NCBI GenBank assembly: GCA_047617745.1
Contig: JBLGBN010000021.1
Coordinates: forward strand, 1-13,255
Origin: Candidatus Nanohaloarchaea archaeon
GTDB taxonomy: Archaea > Nanohalarchaeota > Nanosalinia > Nanosalinales > Nanosalinaceae
DNA length: 13,255 bases
Direction of reading: 5' to 3'
Shown here piece after piece: positions 7,605 to 13,255 of the stretch. The notes below the pieces were generated by a model. The model did no database searches, was not told the DNA's origin, and saw only the letters and a list, made by a program, of their open reading frames with translations. A program made the translations under genes and the position numbers. Every line of letters starts with the position of its first letter. The stretch's first letter is position 1.

Positions 7605-8966
7605 CTAGCTTGACTGCTCTATAATCTTCTTCAGCTCTTTCGATCTTCCTTTAGACACTCTGGAGGAAACTTTCTCATTTTTGTAATAGCCACAGCCAAT
7701 AATCCTGTCCTGATGCTTTAAAGCCACATATCCTTCTTCATCCATTTCCCGGTCGATCATTTCCTCCCTGTCCAGCAGATCGATTAGCTCTTCTTTGTCG
7801 ACCTCCACTATATTTTTCTCTATCTCGTTTTCCAAAAGTTGGAGAATGTAGGTCGTCGGCTTCAGCCCTCTGCCTGTATCTCTCAGGCAGCGAATACCCC
7901 GAGTCTCGTACTCCAGTCCTTCAACTCCTGCGGTGTGAAGCCAGTAGTCTCCGGAAATCTGCTGTATCTTAAAATCTTCGAGATCTGCTCTCTTGACGCC
8001 GAATCTTTCTTCCAAGTAAATCCATGCTTTCTTTGCTTCATTTCCTGAACCAGAAGGAATAGAAGATCCAGTTCGATTGAGCGATCCCTGTGGTTTAACG
8101 AATCTTGCGACATAAATTACTCCTGAATCAAAATAATGTGGATATACCCTCACTGTTCTACTCATTTCTTCTCCGAACTCTCTGTCCTCGAATGATTCGG
8201 CTCCTCTAGTGTGGTCTACTTCAAGCTCGATGTTTTCCAGCTCCAGTTCCGTGTTCTCGACCAGATACTTCACCACTTCTTCGTTTTCCCGAGTGTTGAT
8301 TGTACAGGTGGAGTATACCATAACTCCGCCTTCTTTTAGAAGCGCTGCTGCTTTTTCCCCCAGCTGTTTCTGGAGTTCGGAAAGATTTTCCTTCTCGTGC
8401 AGTTCCGCTGGAAGAAACGTTCTCCTAGCTCTATCTCCTTCTCCAGAGCATGGAGCGTCCAGCAGTACCCGGTCAAACCTTTCCTCTTCCGGGATTTGTC
8501 TCCCGTCATAGTTTGTGACTGACACCGATGCGCTTCCAGTCCTGTATACGTTTGCGTGGAGGCTTTTCAGCCTCTGAGAAGAGTCGTCGTTCGCTACCAC
8601 AATCCCTTTGTTCCCTATCTTTGAGGCGATCTGCGCGGTTTTCCCACCTGGAGCAGCACACATATCGAGCACTTTCTCGCCTGGCTGCGGCTCCAGAACC
8701 TCGACAGGGGTGGCAGCAGATTCCTCTTGAACATAGTACTCACCGAGCCAGTGCATCATAGATTTCCCAGGCGTCTTCTCGCCGGGCAACCTGAAGACTT
8801 CAGGATTCCAGTCTGACTGCTCTACTTCATCAAAATCATCTCTCAGCCGTTTCTCAAAGTTATCGCCAGCCCTGATACTGTTCTTTCTTACCGTGGAGAG
8901 CGCAGGTTTCTCACACGAATCCTTAAACGCCTCCCAGTCATCGATAATCGGTTTATACTGTTCCAT
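7605..8966 (-). CDS. RsmB/NOP2/Sun-family RNA (cytosine-C5) methyltransferase with RsmF-like C-terminal (PUA-like) extension
   Basis: YYVQEES, VLDMCAAPGGKT, FDRVLLDAPCSG, VYSTCT...ENE, RVYPH. Both catalytic Cys are present. A linker is followed by an extra domain of about 140 aa. Confidence 0.92.
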   Translation of the reverse strand: MEQYKPIIDDWEAFKDSCEKPALSTVRKNSIRAGDNFEKRLRDDFDEVEQSDWNPEVFRLPGEKTPGKSMMHWLGEYYVQEESAATPVEVLEPQPGEKVLDMCAAPGGKTAQIASKIGNKGIVVANDDSSQRLKSLHANVYRTGSASVSVTNYDGRQIPEEERFDRVLLDAPCSGEGDRARRTFLPAELHEKENLSELQKQLGEKAAALLKEGGVMVYSTCTINTRENEEVVKYLVENTELELENIELEVDHTRGAESFEDREFGEEMSRTVRVYPHYFDSGVIYVARFVKPQGSLNRTGSSIPSGSGNEAKKAWIYLEERFGVKRADLEDFKIQQISGDYWLHTAGVEGLEYETRGIRCLRDTGRGLKPTTYILQLLENEIEKNIVEVDKEELIDLLDREEMIDREMDEEGYVALKHQDRIIGCGYYKNEKVSSRVSKGRSKELKKIIEQSS

Positions 8967-8994
8967 AGATAGTTTTCCCGTCGAAATCTTTATG

Positions 8995-9561
8995 CTATAA
9001 ATCCTTCAAACTGGTCTGACCGGTTTCCTCCTTTCCAAATGCTTTCCTCAGATCTTTTTCGAGTTCCGGGGTTTTTGATCGGTCGTACAGGGTTGCAGCT
9101 GGGTGATATACCGGCATTATTTTTCTTCCTTCTCTGGAAAATATCCTGCCATGGATACTGGTGATACCCTCCTTTTTGCCTAAAAGTTCCTTTGAGGCAA
9201 AATTACCTAGTGTTAGAACTATATCCGGGTCAACCTCCTCTATCTCTCTGTCAAGCAGAGGTCTCCAGTAGTCGATCTCCTCCCGTTTCGGATCCCGATT
9301 TTCCGGCGGTCTGACCTTCACTAGATTAGTGATATAGATATCGGATCTCTCCACCCCTATATCTTTGAGTATATCGTTCAGTTTCTGTCCTGCTCTGCCG
9401 ACGAATGGCTCTCCCTCCTTTACCTCATTCTCACCGGGAGCCTCTCCTACCATCATCACATCAGCGTCTTCCGGTCCAACAGCAGTCACAAACCTGTCTC
9501 CATCGTAGAAGCTTCCGTCTTTCTCATCGAAGAACTCTCTGTATTTCTGTTGGAAATCCAT
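8995..9561 (-). CDS. udg: Uracil-DNA glycosylase, family 4-like
   Basis: GEAPGENE, PFVGRAG, YITNLVKVRPPENRDP, YHPAA. Start moved to ATG 9561 (MDFQQK), which removes the overlap with the upstream gene and puts TTTTCAAG (9590-9583) at TATA distance. Confidence 0.92.
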   Translation of the reverse strand: MDFQQKYREFFDEKDGSFYDGDRFVTAVGPEDADVMMVGEAPGENEVKEGEPFVGRAGQKLNDILKDIGVERSDIYITNLVKVRPPENRDPKREEIDYWRPLLDREIEEVDPDIVLTLGNFASKELLGKKEGITSIHGRIFSREGRKIMPVYHPAATLYDRSKTPELEKDLRKAFGKEETGQTSLKDL

Positions 9562-9598
9562 GGGAACAAGTTGAGAGCAAGCCTTGAAAACTGTTTTC

Positions 9599-9985
9599 TC
9601 ACCTGTAGCTCTCGTAAAGTATCGCCACTGAGGCAACTGCTGCAAATAGATCAGGTAGGTATGTAAACGGTCCGACGGTTATCACCTGGAAGCCGGCGAG
9701 TATCTGTATGAGCGGTGATGCGGAAAGCGCGTAAAACAGCAGGGAGGCGCTGAATACTGTCAGGGTTCTCGAGGTCGAGGTTGGCATTTCTCTGTAGATT
9801 CTGAAGTAGTTGACTACAAGCGCGGAAAGCGTTATTATGCTGAAAGAGGTTAGGAAGGTTTTGATCAGCAGCACATTCTCAACAAAACCTGTCCCTATAA
9901 CCGCTGATCTCCCGATGAATGCGGTCATGGCCGCGAATAGAACAGAAAACACCATCACTGCTTTGAACTCTGTTGACTCCTTCAT
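9599..9985 (-). CDS. Hypothetical membrane protein (about 4 TM), translationally coupled to the wHTH gene
   Basis: Four hydrophobic segments, YFRIYREMP loop, GPFTYLPDLFA. ATGA overlap with the wHTH stop and GGGTG SD upstream. Confidence 0.85.
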   Translation of the reverse strand: MKESTEFKAVMVFSVLFAAMTAFIGRSAVIGTGFVENVLLIKTFLTSFSIITLSALVVNYFRIYREMPTSTSRTLTVFSASLLFYALSASPLIQILAGFQVITVGPFTYLPDLFAAVASVAILYESYR

Positions 9986-10275
9986 ACTTCTACACCCGCT
10001 TTCTCTTTGATTTCCTCGAGTTTTTCCATATTCTCTTCCATCTGCTCTGTCAGAAAGTAGTTTTTGCCGTATCCTTCTCCCATTATATCCACCACGTTAT
10101 GCTCCTCCATTAAATCGAGATGATGCTTTATGGTCTTGTAGTCTAGATCCAGCTCCTCTGAGAGACTGTTTGCGTTCATCGGTGTCTCGTTCAAAGTCAT
10201 GATGATTCTCACCCTATTCTTGCCACCTCTGGTTCCGCCTATCAACCACCAGAGCATCTTCTTGAAGTTCTGCAT
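9982..10275 (-). CDS. Winged helix-turn-helix transcriptional regulator (archaeal ArsR-like, WWLIxGTRGG type)
   Basis: LWWLIGGTRGGKNRVRII, HTH PMNANSLSEELDLDYKTIKHHLDLM, wing GEGYGKNYFL. Confidence 0.9.
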   Translation of the reverse strand: MQNFKKMLWWLIGGTRGGKNRVRIIMTLNETPMNANSLSEELDLDYKTIKHHLDLMEEHNVVDIMGEGYGKNYFLTEQMEENMEKLEEIKEKAGVEV

Positions 10276-10333
10276 CTTTTTGCATCGCTATTAGATTTGT
10301 ACCGGGTTTCGTAAACAGGTTTTGAAAGAGTAT

Positions 10334-10342
10334 AAAGAAAAA
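10334..10342 (-). terminator. Putative oligo-T terminator after the 88-aa gene
   Basis: TTTTTCTTT on -, starting about 10 nt after the stop at 10353. Confidence 0.4.
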
Positions 10343-10352
10343 GATACTGTTC

Positions 10353-10619
10353 TCAGATCATCCACCTCGGCGGCTCCCTCAGACCGTAATCCCCGTTAAA
10401 CCTGACCTCGTGAAGATTCTTTCTGGCATGTTTCTGTTTTCTATCAAAACTTTCATTCTCGAGGATTCTCTCCACCGAGTCGATCCATCTATCTCGGGCC
10501 TCTTGTGCATCAAAAGAATCGCCGACCAGCATCTCCCGATTCTCGGAGTCAGGGGAGTCCTCCTCTTCTCCAGGTTTTACATCTTTCCGATCCTGTTTGA
10601 GGAGCACGTATCGTGTCAA
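10353..10619 (-). CDS. Small charged hypothetical protein (88 aa)
   Basis: TTG start preceded by a strong SD, GAGGTGAT (10632-10625), and TTTTAAAA TATA at 10661-10654. Confidence 0.75.
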   Translation of the reverse strand: MTRYVLLKQDRKDVKPGEEEDSPDSENREMLVGDSFDAQEARDRWIDSVERILENESFDRKQKHARKNLHEVRFNGDYGLREPPRWMI

Positions 10620-10653
10620 CTTCGATCACCTCTATCTCCAAAATCGTTCTCCC

Positions 10654-10661
10654 TTTTAAAA
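10654..10661 (-). promoter_or_regulatory. TATA box for the 88-aa gene
   Basis: TTTTAAAA, 35-42 nt upstream of the TTG, leaving room for a short SD-containing leader. Confidence 0.6.
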
Positions 10662-10668
10662 CCGGTAT

Positions 10669-10711
10669 TCCGAACTCTTCCCAAATTCAGACCCAAATTC
10701 AACCCAGAAGC
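10669..10711. repeat. Four phased 9-nt direct repeats, consensus CCCAAATTC (GAATTTGGG on -); putative operator array
   Basis: TCCGAACTC 10669, CCCAAATTC 10680, CCCAAATTC 10692, CCCAGAAGC 10703. Spacing is 11, 12 and 11 nt. Confidence 0.7.
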
Positions 10712-10770
10712 TCTAAAAACGGTTAAAATCACTTGCTCATATGTTAACTATGCCCGGAGCTTCGGCAGGC

Positions 10771-10778
10771 TTTTAACA
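10771..10778 (+). promoter_or_regulatory. TATA box of the dioxygenase/esterase operon
   Basis: TTTTAACA, 23-30 nt upstream of ATG 10801. Confidence 0.6.
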
Positions 10779-10800
10779 CTCGGACCCTACTTATGAAAAC

Positions 10801-11721
10801 ATGACAGAACTCGAAGTAAAAGGCCTACACCACTTCACCGCGATCGCAGGCGAACCTACGGAGAACGCTAAATTCTACGTCAACAAGCTTGGATTGCGGA
10901 TGGTGAAAAAGACAGTTAACCATGACGCACCAGAGATGTACCACCTCTTTTACGGCGATAAAAAAGGCACACCCGGTTCCAGCATAACTTTCTTCCCGGG
11001 CATGACAGAAGAGGAAGGAAAGATGGGCGCAGGAATGATAACAGAACTTGGGTTAAGAGCTCCCGAAGGATCTCTAGACTACTGGCGTGAAAGGCTCGAA
11101 GATCTGGAGATAGATTTTCAGGAAGAGCTCTGGCGGGAAGAAGAAAGCCTGGCATTCAAGGATGTGGACGGACTTCCTTTAAGACTGGTCGAGGAAGAGG
11201 CAGAGGAATACATTCCCTGGGAGAAAAGCAACGTGCCCGAGGAGCACCAGATCCAAGGTATGAACCATATAACCGTTTCAGTCCATCGGAAAGACGATAT
11301 AGCGCCGCTGCTTGAAGAGCTCGGTCTTGAGGAAAATAAGGAAAGCTTCTTCGATGCCGAGGATGGCTCCTGTGTGGAGGTCAGAGAGACCGACGAACAC
11401 GGTAGGATGGGTAAAGGAACAGTTCACCACACCGCTTTCAAAGCCGGAGATAGAGAGGAGATTGACATGTGGAGAGAGAAGCTTCAGAGCATCGGTCTGA
11501 AACCTTCCCCCTCTATCTCAAGAAAATACTTCACCTCAACCTACACCAGAACACCGCCAGGAATCCTGTTCGAGTTCTCCAGCATGGGACCAGGGTACAC
11601 CGCAGACGAATCCGTCGAAGAGCTCGGAAGCTCCCTAGTGCTACCGGAAAACCTTGAGGAGCACAGAGAGAAGATAGAGTCAGCGCTCCCCGAATTCAGA
11701 GAAGAGGAGCTAGACCAGTGA
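10801..11721 (+). CDS. VOC-superfamily ring-cleaving dioxygenase (MhqA/MhqE/MhqO, PcpA-like)
   Basis: GLHHFTAI, LGLRMVKKTVNHD...YHLFYGD, GTVHHTAF, RKYFTSTY...GILFEF. The His/His/Glu metal ligands are present. Confidence 0.92.
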   Translation: MTELEVKGLHHFTAIAGEPTENAKFYVNKLGLRMVKKTVNHDAPEMYHLFYGDKKGTPGSSITFFPGMTEEEGKMGAGMITELGLRAPEGSLDYWRERLEDLEIDFQEELWREEESLAFKDVDGLPLRLVEEEAEEYIPWEKSNVPEEHQIQGMNHITVSVHRKDDIAPLLEELGLEENKESFFDAEDGSCVEVRETDEHGRMGKGTVHHTAFKAGDREEIDMWREKLQSIGLKPSPSISRKYFTSTYTRTPPGILFEFSSMGPGYTADESVEELGSSLVLPENLEEHREKIESALPEFREEELDQ

Positions 11722-12335
11722 TACACGAAGATCAGAAAGTAGTAAAAGCCGGGAAAGATCTGGCGGACGCCGATAAAGCAGTTATAATGGTACACGGAAG
11801 AGGAGCAACCGCCGAGAGCGTAATCCGCCTTTCCGAAAAACTACCTGAGGCTTCCTATCTCGCGCCACAGGCCGAGAACAGGACATGGTATCCGAAATCA
11901 TTTCTGCGGCCTAGAGAAGAAAATCAACCACACCTGGACTCTGCGCTGGAAAAACTGGATAAACTGATACAGAAATGCTCTGAAGAACTCGGTAAAGAAA
12001 ATGTTTTCCTCCTAGGTTTCTCACAGGGCGGATGCCTCGTCTCCGAATATACAGCTAGCAACCCAGCTAGATATGGCGGTCTGATCATTCTTAGCGGCGG
12101 ATTAATTGGGGAAGAAGTTAAGGGATTCTCCGGCGATATGGAAAGTACAGAAGTATTCATCGGGTGCGCAGAAAACGATCCTCACATCCCGAGGGAGCGT
12201 GTCGATGAAACCGAAGATGTGTTTGAAAGCCTGAATGCAGAGGTAGAGAAGTACATTTTCGAAGGATCACATCATGGAATAGTTGAATACGAGATTGAGA
12301 GAGCTAGCGAAATTATCGGAAGGGATGCAACTTAA
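11718..12335 (+). CDS. Phospholipase/carboxylesterase, alpha/beta hydrolase (MhqD-like)
   Basis: MVHGRG, LAPQA...WY, nucleophile GFSQG, NDPHIP, GSHHGI. GTGA overlap with the upstream stop and GAGGAG SD. Confidence 0.92.
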   Translation: MIHEDQKVVKAGKDLADADKAVIMVHGRGATAESVIRLSEKLPEASYLAPQAENRTWYPKSFLRPREENQPHLDSALEKLDKLIQKCSEELGKENVFLLGFSQGGCLVSEYTASNPARYGGLIILSGGLIGEEVKGFSGDMESTEVFIGCAENDPHIPRERVDETEDVFESLNAEVEKYIFEGSHHGIVEYEIERASEIIGRDAT

Positions 12336-12359
12336 ATTATAGAACGCTAAAATTATAGC

Positions 12360-12866
12360 ATGACAGTTGACTGGACTAATCTTGATTCAGATGAACAAGT
12401 TCTCTGGGAGGGACAGCCCCGGCTCAAAAGCATTATACCTGCAGTAGTAATAGGAGTTCCAATGATAGCATTTGCAGGTCTCGGTCTGCTAGTGATGGCG
12501 GGCGCATACCTGAACGTGAAGAACACCAGCTTTCTGGTAACTAACGAAGGTCTGTACAGAAAAACAGGGATTCTTTCTAGAAGTGTACAGAAGATCGGCT
12601 TTGACAAGGTCCAGAACATCAGCTTCTCACAGGGAGTACTGGGTAAATACTTCAACTATGGAAACATTGAGGTTTCAACCGCCGGTGGAAGCGGTATAGA
12701 GATGCGTTTTAACAGTATCGACAATCCTAGAGAAGTTGAGAACATAATCAACAACAAGTTGAAGAAAGCTCAAACCCGATCCGATGGAGATGAACGTGGT
12801 AGCGGAGTTGAAGAGGAGCTTGTCAAAATTAGAAAGTTACTTGAGGAAATAAACGACAAGGTCTAG
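12360..12866 (+). CDS. Membrane protein with bacterial PH domain (bPH_2, YdbS-like)
   Basis: DEQVLWEGQP, hydrophobic hairpin, FLVTNEGLYRKTGILSR, KVQNISFSQGVLGKYFNYGNIEVSTAG, IDNPREV, and a C-terminal amphipathic helix ELVKIRKLLEEI. Confidence 0.88.
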   Translation: MTVDWTNLDSDEQVLWEGQPRLKSIIPAVVIGVPMIAFAGLGLLVMAGAYLNVKNTSFLVTNEGLYRKTGILSRSVQKIGFDKVQNISFSQGVLGKYFNYGNIEVSTAGGSGIEMRFNSIDNPREVENIINNKLKKAQTRSDGDERGSGVEEELVKIRKLLEEINDKV

Positions 12867-12867
12867 A

Positions 12868-13110
12868 ATGAGATTGGAGGAAAGGGCGGATAACCGGATT
12901 GGAGCAGCTGTGGTTCGCGGACTTGTCAGTACAGCCATCTCAGTACCGCTTTCCTACCTTCTCCTTCAGTTCTATATTATAACCTCGATCAGTGTAGGCC
13001 ACGGCAGTATCATAGACCAGATGCTGAAGGCAGGTCTAATAGCGGTTGGATACGCTAGCTTCTTCTCCGGGTTTTTCTCCTCCTACTTTACCCGTCCAGA
13101 AAATGCTTAA
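12868..13110 (+). CDS. Small hypothetical membrane protein (2 TM)
   Basis: Starts 1 nt after the previous stop. Two hydrophobic segments. Confidence 0.7.
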   Translation: MRLEERADNRIGAAVVRGLVSTAISVPLSYLLLQFYIITSISVGHGSIIDQMLKAGLIAVGYASFFSGFFSSYFTRPENA

Positions 13111-13231
13111 TAGAATTTTTCAGGTATTAGCCCGTAGGTATAGCATCTTTCAATGATCCGGGATAAAAGAGAACTCCGACTACCTGTCAAATGTACTCGA
13201 AGCCAAAGAACATGATATCTGGGGGGTTGAA

Positions 13232-13255
13232 ATGCGTGAAGTCCCGACTCCAGGA
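13232..13255 (+). CDS. Possible 5' end of a CDS running off the window (MREVPTPG...)
   Basis: ATG preceded by a G-rich SD-like GGGGGGTTGA; the frame is open to the window end. Too short to confirm. Confidence 0.25.

Noticed and set aside
9562..9645. N-terminal extension of the UDG ORF, containing one Cys
   Set aside because: It overlaps the upstream gene and the putative TATA. ATG 9561 is the better start.
10669..10711. Repeat array as a mini-CRISPR or replication origin
   Set aside because: Units are 9 nt with 2-3 nt spacers. There are no cas, orc1/cdc6 or rep genes nearby and no ORB-like G-string.
10410..10796. 128-aa plus-strand ORF with repeated PKF
   Set aside because: It is antisense to the SD-supported 88-aa gene, runs over promoters and is not acidic. 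The peptide repeat only reflects the DNA repeats.
375..12655. Many short antisense or out-of-frame ORFs in the track (e.g. 1169-1633, 3748-4170, 5875-6096, 8209-8511, 12353-12655)
   Set aside because: They are shadows of well-supported genes. The Ser/Phe/Leu richness of many is what the reverse complement of Glu/Lys codons produces.
13111..13231. Possible frameshifted gene start (ATG 13153, then a protein-like frame IKENSDYLSNVLEAKEHDIWG)
   Set aside because: There is an in-frame stop at 13154-13156 and no recognisable homology. It cannot be resolved without downstream sequence.

Overview
Compact archaeal chromosomal window. Very acidic (E/D-rich) proteins, moderate GC, TATA boxes about 23-30 nt ahead of apparently leaderless genes and a stand-alone 5S rRNA point to a halophilic DPANN archaeon, most likely Nanohaloarchaeota (inference). 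In order it holds: tRNA-Ser(CGA), a HAD hydrolase, an NcsA/TtuA tRNA thiolase, a sugar-phosphate nucleotidyltransferase, htpX followed by an uncharacterised soluble HEXXH protein, a lone bacterial-type riboflavin synthase, two acidic orphans (one with a split Nudix-like signature), 5S rRNA, an RsmB/NOP2/RsmF methyltransferase, a cysteine-free family-4 UDG, a wHTH regulator plus membrane protein plus 88-aa orphan, an Mhq-type dioxygenase/esterase pair and a bPH_2 membrane protein. I found no mobile element or CRISPR array. Best leads: (1) a helically phased CCCAAATTC repeat array next to the promoter of the orphan/wHTH/membrane module, a candidate undescribed regulatory system; (2) a cryptic Nudix-like enzyme with an acidic insertion; (3) a 5S rRNA with a shortened helix IV; (4) a UDG lacking Fe-S ligands; (5) a two-protease operon. 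All family calls come from reading motifs by eye, not from database searches.
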